Shown here: piece by piece, positions 40,415 through 51,503 of the stretch | Layout of the letters: each line of letters starts with the position of its first letter | Numbering within the stretch: the first letter of the stretch is position 1 | From: Octopus sinensis | Taxonomy: Eukaryota | Direction of reading: 5' to 3' | Length of the DNA: 64,000 nucleotides | Assembly (NCBI RefSeq): GCF_006345805.1 | Contig: NC_043010.1 | Span: 36,084,001-36,148,000, forward strand | Program-made: the position numbers and the translations under genes | Notes under the pieces: model-generated | The model's database searches: none | Told to the model about the DNA's origin: nothing | What the model saw: only the letters and a program-made list of their open reading frames with translations

Positions 40415-41145
40415 ATGGCTTCAGGTTTGCCTTCATTTACGGGGGATGCGGGGCTGTGGTTTGCACAGGTGGAGTCACACTTTGCCGCGCATACCATTCC
40501 GCCACAACAGCAGTTACATCTACTGTTTTCAAGTTTGCCCTCCGGCTCGCAACATCGGTCAGGGATCTCATTGTGAGTCCCCATCCTGACGCCACATATG
40601 CGTCAGTAAAGGCGGAGATCCTCCGTCGCAACACGCGCTCAGAGGAATGTCATTTAATGAACTGATGGCCGACGAGCAGTTAGGGGACAGAACTCCATCC
40701 CAATTTCTGCGCCATCTAAGAGAGCTAAGCGGCAACGCCGCTGACGCGCCGCTCTTACGCAAGATATTTTTCTCAAGGCTGCCTGCCCACGTGCAGACAA
40801 TGTTGGCCACGGCACTGGATGCTGTGTCTGTGGACCAGATCGCCACGATGGCCGACAAAGTGTTGGAGTTTTCGCGCCCATCTCCCCTGGGGCCTGTACG
40901 CATGCACAGAGCCCCCCCCCCGACCCCTCCGACGAACGAAAACTGGCCGAGAACATCGACGCGCTTACGCGGAGGATCGATGATCTGTGCCGTGCGATCG
41001 GACGCCAATCTCGTAGTCGCAGTAGTAGCTATTTCCCGCAGTCGGAGTGACTCTGTTTCTTTCGGCTGGTGTGGTACCATTCGAGATATGCCAAAAGGCA
41101 GATCGGTGTACCCAGCCGTGCACTTTCAAGCCCTCGGAAAACTAA
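40415..41145 (+). CDS. gag: Gag (frameshifted as assembled)
   Basis: ATG 40415 MASGLPSFTGDAGLWFAQVESHF (Gypsy gag N-terminal WFxQVE motif), then ..RLATSVRDLI.., ..EQLGDRTPSQFLRHLREL.., and C-terminal CWYH-x9-C-x3-C ending PSEN-TAA at 41143-41145. Needs frame corrections near 40543, 40653, 40920, 41030, 41072 and 41095. Confidence 0.85.
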
Positions 41146-44100
41146 ATCCGGAGGAGGTGAGCACGTCACCTTCTTCCATCTCGTTTCCCAAACATCGTGC
41201 ATTCTATGTAAAAGATCTGGTGTCGGAGACATTCTTCATGGTAGACACCGGTTCCTGTTGCAGCATCTGGCCCCTTCGTCTGGCTGCAGACAAGCCGAAG
41301 CGCTCTTCGATTGTCTTGCATGCTATTGACTCGTCTCCCATAACCACTTACGGTCAGATTTCGCTGCGCCTCTCACTCACTCACCTTCGCCGAGACTTTC
41401 GATGGGTTTTCGTCATCGCTGACATCCCACATCCTATTCTCGGCGCTGATTTCCTGGATAGGTTTAACCTATTGGTGGATGTCAGGCGTCGGAGGCTTCT
41501 TGATAGCACGACGTCGCTCTCTACACCGACTGGGAGTTCCACCACTGCGGTCCTTAGCCCGACATTCTTTGTTGCCACCTCTGGAGACCCTTTTCACTCT
41601 CTTTTGGTTTCATTTCCGGAGCTAGTGGACATTGCCTTTAAACCGAAAATCCTACCCACTCGACCCTCCATTTCATCACCACCAATGGGCCACCTGTATT
41701 CTCACGCCCCCGGCGCCTAGCGCCAGACCGACTTAAAACGGCCAGAGCCGAGTTTGAGCACATGCTTCAACTTGGCCTTATACGCCCCTCCACCAGCCCA
41801 TGGGCATCTCCCCTTCATTTGGCGCGAAGGGCGAGTCTGATTTTCGCCCGGTTGGAGACTATCGACGCCTCAATGCCGTCACAATAGCCGATCGCTATCC
41901 GATTAGAAATCTCCGGGACTTTACAGCAAATCTCCATGGTTGTACCATTTTCGAAGGTCGATCTGATACGCGCTTACCACCAAATACCGGTCAACCCAGC
42001 CGACGTTCCAAAAACTGCAATCACTACCCCGTTTGGGTGTTTTGAGTTTTTGTACATGAGTTTCGGTTTGCGGAATGCTACTAGCACCTTCCAGCGTTTC
42101 ATTGATGAGGTTGTCCGCGGTCTTGATTTTGTGTTTGCCTATGTCGATGACATACTCATTGCGAGCGACACACGAGAAAATCATCTCCGGCACCTTTCTC
42201 AACTCTTCCAGCGTCTTCGCGCGTATAGCATACGCATAAACCCCGACAAGTGTGTTTTCGGACGCTCTTCCCTAGATTTTCTAGGGCATCATATTGATTC
42301 GACTGGAATCAGCCCCCTCTCGTCAAAAGTCGATGCCATTCAACGCATCGCACCCCCCACTTCCTTGCGCCAGCTCAGGCATTATCTAGGGATGGTCAAT
42401 TTCTACCGACGTTTCATTCCCGGTTGTGCAGATAAGCTGCTACCTCTCACCAGGCTGTTAAAGGACTCTCCTAGAAAGGACAGTCAAGTCACCCTCTCTG
42501 TTGAGGCAGTGACAGCCTTTGAGTCCATTAAGAAGGAGCTGGCTTCTGTTTCTTTGCTTGCACATCCAGTTCCTGGTGCTTCTCTCTCTTTGACTGTGGA
42601 CGCATCGGACACTGCGATTGGCGCTGTGTTACAACACACAGTGGATGACCATGTTCGACCTCTAGCCTTCTTTTCCCGTCAACTGCAACCAGCTGAACGA
42701 CGATACAGCACCTTTGATCGTGAGCTCCTAGCGATCTATCTATCGGTTCGTCATTTCCAGCATCAACTTGAAGGGCGAGATTTTGTGATCTATACGGATC
42801 ACAAGCCCCTTACGTTTGCCCTGTTTTCAAAAACGGACAAACTCTCACCCCGTGCTTTTCGGCACCTGGATTTTATCTCTCAATTTACTAGCAACATTCG
42901 ACACATACCTGGAAAAGAGAACGTTCCTGCTGACGCTCTCTCTCGCCTTCCAGTTTGCGCCCTTTCGTCTCCTGCTGCTATCGACTTAGCTGCCATATCG
43001 CAGGAGCAGCCACCTTTGGCGTCGTTAGATTTAACTTCTCCCAAGTTCTCCTGTTGCCAGTTTTCCTACCTTCCGCTTCCGTCAGCCGAAGGCACCATTC
43101 TTTGTGACACTTCAACTGGATCTCCCAGGCCACTGGTGCCTGAGACCCATCAACGCTCAGTGTTTGAAGCACTGCACTCCTTATCACATCCTGGCATCGC
43201 TGCCACCCTCAAACTAATCACTGCTCGGTTTTTCTGGCCGAATATGCGTCGCACAATTACTTGTTGGACACGCACCTGCTCCAAGTGTCAACGATCCAAG
43301 ATTCAACGGCACGTTCGTGCCCCGCTTGGACAATTTCCCCCCACGGAGGCCCGTTTTCGCCATGTCCACATCGATCTGGTTGGACCATGGCCTGTGAGTC
43401 GCGGGTTCTCTTATCTATTAACTTGTGTCGATCGTTTCTCCCGCTGGCCAGAAGCCATTCCGATAGCAGACATTTCTGCTGAGACTGTTGCGCGAGTTAT
43501 CGTTTCAAACTGGATTTCTCGCTTCGGAGTCCCGTCCCGATTGACAACTGATCGTGGACGACAGTTTGAGGCCTCGCTATTTCGCGAATTGTCGCGAATT
43601 TTGGGTATGCACCATATCCACACACAAGCTACCATCCAGCGTCTAATGGATTGGTTGAGCGGTTCCATAGACAGCTCAAGGCCGCTCTTCGTGCCTCTTC
43701 GGACCCACAGTCCTGGATCGAATTTCTGCCCATTGTGCTTCTCGGCTGTCGGACTGCTGTCAAGGCAGACCTGGGGTTTTCTGCTGCAGAGCTGCTGTAT
43801 GGTACCACACTGGCATTGCCCGGTACGATGTTGGTGCCAGACACTTCCCCGCCCCATGATCCGGCGACCTATGTCACCAGACTGCGGGAATATTTTTCAA
43901 ACCTTCCGCCCATGCTTCCCAGAAAGCAATCTCCACCGTCCCATCTTCCACCGGATATGAACACCTGGTCGCATGTTTTTGTTCGGGACGATTCTGTGAA
44001 GGGCCCACTTGTTTCTCCCTATAAAGGACCTTTTCGTGTGCTTTCTCGCACACCAAAGGTTTTCACGATTGAGATAAATGGTCGTTCGGAGACCGTTTCC

Positions 44101-44363
44101 GTGGACCGTTTAAAAAAGGCACATTTTGAGACGTCTTCATCTTTTGATGACAACCTTGACACACCCACCTATGCACTTTAACAACACTTTCACCTGCACA
44201 AACGCCTTCACCTGCACAAACGCCTTCACCTGCACAAACACCTTCACCGGCTCCTACAACACCACCCTCGCCGTCAACGGGTGCCCCGAGCACACCGTAT
44301 GTTACAAAGTCGGGCAGAACAGTGCATTGGCCCAAGAAACTTTCAAAAACAATTTACATTTAA
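41133..44363 (+). CDS. pol: Pol polyprotein: protease, reverse transcriptase, RNase H, integrase (frameshifted as assembled)
   Basis: Protease MVDTGS (41244); [20 protein letters not shown] (42140-42151); RNase [24 protein letters not shown]; integrase HHCC, D43373, D43550, E43657, YKGPF. Frame breaks near 41648, 41825, 41950, 43623 and 44160-44178. Longest unbroken ORF is 41936-43960. Confidence 0.95.
41136..41176 (+). promoter_or_regulatory. Candidate -1 ribosomal frameshift signal (gag-pol)
   Basis: G GAA AAC just before the gag stop, 7-nt spacer, then an 11-bp stem (41150-41160 with 41166-41176, two G-U) and a 5-nt loop; pol lies in the -1 frame. Confidence 0.65.
41936..42946 (+). CDS. 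pol: RT core plus RNase H segment of pol
   Basis: Uninterrupted [13 protein letters not shown]...[18 protein letters not shown]...FLGH...VDASD...ADALSR. Confidence 0.95.
43175..44130 (+). CDS. pol: Integrase segment of pol (HHCC, DD35E, GPY/F)
   Basis: HSLSH..CSKC, HIDLVGP, TDRGRQF, ([10 protein letters not shown])LVERFH, PYKGPF, VSVDRLK; one base is missing at about 43623. Confidence 0.93.
44183..44254 (+). repeat. 18-bp tandem repeat x4 in pol 3' end
   Basis: aacRcYttcacctgcaca units; reads TPSPAQ repeats in the frame that continues to [15 protein letters not shown]. Confidence 0.9.
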
Positions 44364-44476
44364 CTTTAAAATGTTTCTTATTGTATAATAGTATGTACCA
44401 AGTCTTCTGGGGGATCGGCAAGCCTTCTGTTTTCTGCAGCACCACCACAATATTCTGGTTGCCGTACTTCGCACTC

Positions 44477-44488
44477 GGAGGGGAGCCC
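44477..44488 (+). promoter_or_regulatory. Polypurine tract
   Basis: GGAGGGGAG(CCC) immediately 5' of the 3' LTR. Confidence 0.85.
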
Positions 44489-44906
44489 TGTAGTGATGCT
44501 ACAGTGTAGGGTTCGGCGCGCATGCGCAGAATGGGACTACTTCCGGGTGGCCACCGGAAGTCTTCCCCATGCGCATGTGCGGGAAAACATCTCTCGAGCC
44601 CGCGAACCTCAAATCTCTCTCTTCGGCTCAAGACAGCACTGCGATCGGTCACGGTTTTCCTGGCTCTGACAGCCACACACCAGCTTCAACCAACTTCAAC
44701 CAACCTCAACGACCAACACCAGCAGTATATCAGAGGCTGTCTATTCCCCCATCAGACAACGTACAACCATGAATCAATAAACCAAGTTGTCTGTTCACCT
44801 TTAACCTGAGTTTCGTCTGTTTGTTTTCTGCAAGAATTTTTGTATGTGACTAGAAAGGATCTCGACACCCTGCCAGTGCTTCGATGATAGATCCTTTCAC
44901 GTTACA
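44489..44906 (+). repeat. 3' LTR (418 bp)
   Basis: Copy of 39609-40026, preceded by the PPT and followed by the CCTT TSD; the ORF track gives identical peptides from both LTRs. Confidence 0.97.
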
Positions 44907-45194
44907 CCTTTGTCTGTCCTTGTTTGTCCCCTCTATGTTTAGCCCCTTGTGGGCAATAAAGAAATAAGAATTGTTAGCACATGGGACGAAATGCTTAGCG
45001 GTATTTTGTCCATCGCTACGTTGTGAGTTCAAATTGCGACGGGGTCGATGTGATCGACTTTCTCCTCCCCAAAATTTCAGGCCTTGTGTCTATAATAGAA
45101 AGGATTATGCATGCACACATGCATAGGTGACGAACGGCGACTTGAACAAAAAGTCAAAAACAAAAGTGAGATGGACGTATACAGTGAATATATA

Positions 45195-45233
<39 letters not shown>

Positions 45234-45277
45234 TCTGACGCTCGTTGAAAGTTCAGATGGGAAATTATAAATGAAAA

Positions 45278-45310
45278 CTTGACGTTTTGAGCATAGCTCT
45301 TCGTCGGATA
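45278..45310 (-). ncRNA. Degenerate hammerhead-like motif, same family as 11668-11702
   Basis: CCGACGA-A-GAGC-UAU-GCUC-AAAA-C-GUC: stem II is perfect, with one change in each catalytic box. Confidence 0.45.
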
Positions 45311-45408
45311 GTGGGGAAAAGACCAAAGAAGAGGAAAAGGAGGAAGAAACGGATAGTCTGGAGGAAAGCACGCGGATCACTACATGGTTTCTCTTTTCCT
45401 CTCTCTCC

Positions 45409-45559
<151 letters not shown>

Positions 45560-46150
45560 TTATTAAAAGGATACAGAGAGAGTTAGCATAACAAGCGCAG
45601 GAGGAGTGCCTTATAACCATCTGAAAAATACACATTTTTTTAAAAACTAGATTTTGCTTGAGATAGATTTTGGGTGAACTAGATTGCGAGTATGCTTATA
45701 AAATTTTGAATAATAAAAGATATACTGTATTCACTGGCGTATAAAACAGATAAAGCAACCTTCTCGAGCCCATTGGATTCATAAGAACCGGCTTCCGAGT
45801 TTCCGTGGCGTATATATATTTACCCTGTAAATATATATAGAGAGTGAGTATATATATTTAAACCATGTATGTATATTTACATGGGACACTGGTCCGTCAT
45901 AGGGTTACCCACTTTTGCCAGCTGAGTAGACTGGAACAACATGAAATGAAATTTTTTTTTACCCAAGAACATAACACATCGGTCGGTCCAGGTATTGAAA
46001 TCACCATCTTACGAGCGTGAGTCCAACACTAACCATTAGGCTACACGTCTCTCTTGCTTCTAATGCGTTTGCATTACTGATGGGAGATTGAATGTTGTAG
46101 ACTAGGGAATCGGTAAAGCACAAGTCCGCTAGGCACAATAATTATTACTA

Positions 46151-46530
46151 ATTACCTCTGCCAAGAAAGGAGGTTATGTTTTCATCGGCGTTGGTTTGTC
46201 CGTCTGTGTGCAAAATAACTCAAAAAGTTGTGAACGATATTTGATGAAACTTGCAGGAAAAGTTGGTAACGACACAAGGAACAGATGACGAAATTTTGGT
46301 AGTGATCCGGGAATTTTTATGGATCCTTGATAGATTTTTCATTTGTTATATTTACTTTACGCTCTTTGATTATCTCCCTTGAAAACACGTTCATCGTTTG
46401 CACGTAACCTACGGTGACGTTGCTGTTTCCAAAGTTTATTTTCGTTTCTCTATTAGTAATTATACTCGCGTATTTATCTTAAAATGAGCTGCTGGGCGGA
46501 TGTCTGCGCTCTTTGAGTGCTTTTCTAGTT
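46151..46530 (+). mobile_element. Helentron/HINE-like non-autonomous element
   Basis: 5' ATTACCTCTGCC, asymmetric subterminal inverted repeat GGCGGATGT, 3' hairpin GCGCTCTTTGAGTGC, T-rich end, no TSD. Confidence 0.65.
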
Positions 46531-47131
46531 ATAAAATTATTGAAAACAAGCCAACGTGTCACTATCTGTTAGCATAAACTTACGAAAAATCGTTTACAAT
46601 ACATCGGCAGTTATATGGAGAGGTCACATTATCTTATTATAACTTCTTTCCTCGCATATAACGAATACACGATAATGTCTTTCATTATTTAATGACTGTG
46701 TTATCTTTAAGAAATATATTTTTTAATTATCCAAATGAAAATTATCCTAGAATGGTGAAAGGAATATTAAACTTTCACCCATCCTATCAGCTTTTCGCAA
46801 TGAGTAGATGACAATAAGATTATAGCGGTGGTGCAGCCCTGGTGGCCGATAACGGTAACACAAAACATCATATATAATGGCAATTCTGTTGACCAAAATA
46901 TAAACACCTATATAGTTGATCTGTAAGAAGATAAAAATTAAACGCGGTTCTTGTATAGCATAGTTTATATGTGATAAATTTATGGTTTCGTACTTTATTC
47001 CAGCATACTTCCACGACATTGTATTTACATACACAAAACCATAATTCTTTTCCTTACAAAACCTCTTTAAATTATCTTTCAATAAATCTATGTTGAAACA
47101 TTAAATCTGTCTTTCTCTTGCAAAATATATA

Positions 47132-47260
47132 AGTAAAACGGGGGTGCGGCTTATGCGAGAGGGCATCTTACACGCTGGCAAATCGGCATTTATTGAAAAT
47201 ACACAAACGATTTGCCAGCGTGTAAGATGCCCTCTCGCATAAGCCGCACCTCCGTTTACT
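47132..47260. repeat. GC-rich hairpin with ~50-bp arms
   Basis: gtgcggcttatgcgagagggcatcttacacgctggcaaatcg and its reverse complement, separated by a ~22-nt loop. Confidence 0.92.
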
Positions 47261-47534
47261 AATAGAGAAACGAAAATAAACTTTGGAAACAGCAACGTCA
47301 CCATAGGTTACGTGCAAACGATGAACGTGTTTTCAAGGGAGATAATCAAAGAGCGTAACGTAATACTTCATGTAAAGTAAATATAACAAATGAAAAATCT
47401 TTCAAGGTTCCATAAAAATTCCCGTCATCTGTTTTATTTAATTACATTTTAAGGTTATAATGAAGTTAAATCCTTCCGAGGTCAATTTTGTTTTTCATCC
47501 TTTCGGGGTCGATAAAATAAAGTAACAGTCAAGT

Positions 47535-47940
47535 AGGCGTATGAGTGGCTGTGTAGTAAGTAGCTTGCTTACCAACTACATGGTTCCCGGTTCAGTCCCA
47601 CTGCGTGGCACCTTGAGCAAGTGTCTTCTACTATAGCCTCGAGCCGACCAAAGCCTTGTGAGTGGATTTGGTAGACGGAAACTGAAAGAAGCCCGTCGTA
47701 TATATGTATATATATATATATGTATGTGTGTATATATTTGTGTGTCTGTGTTTGTCCCCAAACATCGCTTGACAACCGATGCTGGTGTGTTTATGTCCCC
47801 GTTACTAAGCGGTTCGGCAAAAGGTACCGATAGAATAAGTACTAGGCTTACAAAGAATGTCCTGAGGTCAATTTGCTTGACTAAAAGCGGTGCCCCAGCA
47901 TGGCCACAGTCACATGACTGAAACAAGTAAAAGAGTAGAG
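47535..47940 (+). mobile_element. SINE-A
   Basis: Colinear with 52621-53020. Confidence 0.88.
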
Positions 47941-49528
47941 AGAGTGGGGGATCGACGATATGGACTAACCCTCTATTACAAAATCACAGCATTGTGCCAA
48001 AGTTTGAAACTATTAACAGAAAGGGTATTGGTTTAGTGAGTAGAATTGCTAGAGCGTCGTACAAAATGCTTTGCAGTATTTCTTCCGGTTTGGGGAGGGG
48101 GTTTACAATCTGGTTTCAGTTACCACCGAAGTCAACTTTGCCTTTCATCCTTTAGGGATCTGTAAAATAAAGAACCAATCAAGTACTGGATTGTAATCGA
48201 TTAATCGACTTAATTTCCCACCTCAAAATAAATGCTCCAGCATGATTGCAGCTGCATGGCTAAAACGAATAAAAGAGTAAAAAGAAAAAAAATGTTCGAG
48301 TTGTCCCAAAATTAGAAACAATTTGAAAGTGACTAATATTTCTCTTCTAAAAATTACTATTCATTTCATCATCTCCTAATATAATGAGCGTAGTAATTTT
48401 ACAGATATGTCCAAAATCACGCATTAAGAATAAATGGTGAAGGGAGAGGAAAGAAAATAGCAATTCAGTGAAGGAGAAGTAGTGAGAGAAAGTAATAGCA
48501 ATGAGAGAGAGGAAGTGGTAAAGAGAACGTCGTGTATCTTCTAATGTAATAATCTACCATAATACTCTTGTGTATTTCTCCGACACAACATATGAATGAG
48601 AAAGGAAGGGGTGGTCCACCGATAGAAGTTAAAGAGTGAAAAGTCAACGGTGAAACAAAAATCAAAAAGCGCTTTAACTGTGTGTGAGTATATGTAAGTC
48701 GGTGTTTGTGTAAAATATATTTATATATTTGAGTGTATATGTGTTCGTGTATGTCTATTTAGAAAGATACATAGCAAACAGAATTACAGACACGCGCATT
48801 TACACATACAAACACACACACATATATATATATATCAACAGACACACTTAAAAAGGAAGGAAGCGAGCTGTGACAAAGTATAGAAAACCGCGTTCGCTAC
48901 AGACTGTGCTACACGTACATATAAATGTACACACACACACACACACAAAGTTGAAGCACTGATTTTTTTCACCTTTTGTACCCTTTTTATATATAAAATT
49001 CTATAATTAGCCGTTATTTTTGACGACACGGGTTCAGCTAGTTTTGTATAAACAGTAAAAAATTTACGAAAGCTAAATCATAATTATTGTCTACGTATAA
49101 TGCCATATTTCCTGATGTTTTACTTCATAGTGACAAATATATGTTTCCAAAGTTACCGTCATATGACGGTAAGTCTCTAGTTTACCACCTGGCCAGTACT
49201 CCGTCGGCTACGACGATGAGTGTTCTGGTTGATGCCATCAACGGAACAGCCTGCTCCTGAAACTTGCATCCAGAGAAATAGATTCAGCGCGACGCAGAAT
49301 CTGACAAGGCCCTTTGAACTACAGATACAACTCATATTTGCCAGTTGAGTGAACTTGAGCAATGTGAAATAAAACAAGGACACAACGCACCGCCGGAAAT
49401 CGAACTCGTGACCCGAATACCCTAACCACTAAGCGACGCGCTTTTCCCAATAGTTTAACTATAGGGTTTTGCTGTTGGTGTTATGAGACACTGCAATTCA
49501 CGAATCACAATTTGGCAATAAGCTAAAT

Positions 49529-49799
49529 TGTTGTTTGTTCCTTCTCGAGCCATGCCTGGCTCATAAGCGCCGGTTTCCCGGTTTCCTTGGTGTATAGATG
49601 AGCTGCAAGATGCAGGAGGAAAGAGTGAGAGAAAGTTGTGGCGAAAAAGTCAGCAGAAATTCGCCATTACCTTCTGCCGGAGCCGCGTGGAGCTTAGGTG
49701 TTTCGCTCATAAACACACCCATCACTCGGTCTATGATTCGAACCCGCGATCACTCGACCGCGAATCCGCTGCTCTAACCACTAGGCCATGTGCCTCCAC
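49529..49799 (-). mobile_element. SINE-E (tRNA-like head GTGGAGGC..) with TSD
   Basis: CAATAAGCTAAAT duplicated at 49516-49528 and 49799-49811; related copies at 3475-3768 (+) and 60476-60760 (+). Confidence 0.87.
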
Positions 49800-49926
49800 A
49801 ATAAGCTAAATACTGACCTTATATTTGGTATGACACAAAGCCGTTAAATACAATACACTAATGTAATTAGTTCTAAGGACATTATGTCTCGATAAAATAC
49901 GGCATGATCCTGGCTTGAACACGTTT

Positions 49927-50346
49927 GGGATCTTTTCGGTTTGAATGGCAGTTTTTAAAAATAATTTCCACGTAACTAAACACTTTTAAACTTCGTATAC
50001 TGGTAGAATGTGTTTATAAAACATCTTTTTCTCTTGGCTTTATTGAGAAAATTCTATAGTTTGTAAGATATTTGTTGTTGTTTTTTCTTCAATTTCTGTA
50101 ATTTCAACCAATCAATGACGTCTATTGAGGTGGAAACATTCTGTGCCGTATGAATATGTCCCTCGTTTAAGAAACAGATTGGGTTTATTTACATTTGTGA
50201 AGAAAAAAAGATACCCTTCCCCCCATCCCTAACCCTAACCCTAAAACAGATTGAAATGCAATAGATCGATACTAGGGTCATAAATATGGGTGACAATTTC
50301 ATATGACACTGCTAGAAAAAACTGCCGTTCAAACCGAAAAGATCCC
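49927..50346. mobile_element. GGGATC-terminated MITE with ~30-bp TIRs
   Basis: GGGATCTTTTCGGTTTGAATGGCAGTTTTT / AAAAAACTGCCGTTCAAACCGAAAAGATCCC; body is colinear with one arm of 30557-31355. Confidence 0.87.
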
Positions 50347-50532
50347 AATACACTAATGTAATTAGTTCTAAGGACATTCATTTGTGTGCTTGATGTGACA
50401 AGGTTTCTCTTTTCACCTGTTGTGTATGTGCTGGTTCTGAAGTCGTTGCTGCAGAAGTTGGAATAGTTGAGGCGAATCCTTTTCAAACAAGAATTGGGGA
50501 GGGGCTGTGTCAGTATTTGTTGACAACATTAC

Positions 50533-50870
50533 GCCAGCCTCGCCTGGCCCCCGTGCCGGTAGCACGTAAAAGCACCATCCGTTCGTGGCCGTTGCCAGCC
50601 TCGCCTGGCCCCCGTGCCAGTGGCACGTAAAAACACCATCCGTTCGTGGCCGTTTGCCAGCTCTGTCTGGCACCTGTGCAGGTGGCACGTAAAAAGCACC
50701 CACTACACTCATGGAGTGGTTGGCGTTAGGAAGGGCATCCAGCCGTAGAAACACTGCCAAATCTGACTGGGCCTGATGAAGCCTTCCGGCTTCACAGACC
50801 CCAGTTAAAACGTCCAACCCATGCTAGCATGGAAAACGGACGCTAAATGATGATGATGATGATGATGATG
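50533..50870 (+). mobile_element. SINE-D (RTE-like 3' tail ending (GAT)n) with internal ~61-bp tandem units
   Basis: Units start at 50533, 50594 and 50656; tail ccaacccatgctagcatggaaaacggacgctaaatgatgat. Other copies at 9949-10126 (-) and 24484-24665 (+). Confidence 0.8.
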
Positions 50871-51472
50871 ACACTATGTCTCGACAAAATACGGCATGAT
50901 CCTGGCTGGAACACGTTTGCTCACAGGTCTGTTGAATCAGGGCTGATTTAGGTCTGAACAACAACCTCTACATTGCATTAAAACAATGATATTTAACTGG
51001 GGGTATCTATATTGCTTGCTGTCATAGAAGCCAAAAGCCCGAAGGTCTCAGGGTTGGGAGTATGGAACGCGATGTTTCAATACGTTTTTCTATAAATAGA
51101 TATGACGACATTCTCATGATTTGTTTTCTTTTCTACATCCCCACGTGGCTGTGTGGTGAGAGGTTTGCTTCCCTTTACAGGATTTCAGTTTCAGTTCCAT
51201 TGTGTAGCACTGAAGCCTCGGACCTGCTTAAAAAGACCTGTGAGTGGATTTGGTAGACGGAAACTGAAAGAAGCTCGTCGTGTGTGTGTGTGTGTGTGTG
51301 TGTGTGCATAAGATATTTGAGGACTTATTTATGTTTATAGAAAAAAAAATAGATATATAATGGCTTGTGAATGTATTTTAGAAACTGAGTGGGAGCCCAG
51401 TGTGTATGTGTGCGTGTATCAATGTATGTCTTTGTGTTCCTCTCACTGGCGACTGGTGTTGATTTTTACACT

Positions 51473-51498
<26 letters not shown>

Positions 51499-51503
<5 letters not shown>

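Larger units (their letters stand above)
39609..44906 (+). mobile_element. Full-length Ty3/Gypsy LTR retrotransposon, CsRn1/Kabuki/Boudicca-like clade
   Basis: Two TGT...ACA LTRs of 418 bp, 4-bp TSD CCTT (39605-39608 and 44907-44910), PBS, PPT, gag and pol in PR-RT-RH-IN order. Removing the element restores a continuous SINE-B body (atcgacttaatacctttgtctgtcc). Clade inferred from the tRNA-Trp PBS, 4-bp TSD and CHCC Gag motif. Confidence 0.97.

Noticed and set aside
44364-44476. Possible env or extra ORF between pol and the PPT
   Set aside because: Only ~110 bp remain once the Pol tail is accounted for.
46747-47082. 111-aa minus-strand ORF containing YRPP
   Set aside because: A single short motif without the other APE endonuclease motifs; AT-rich and probably a chance ORF.
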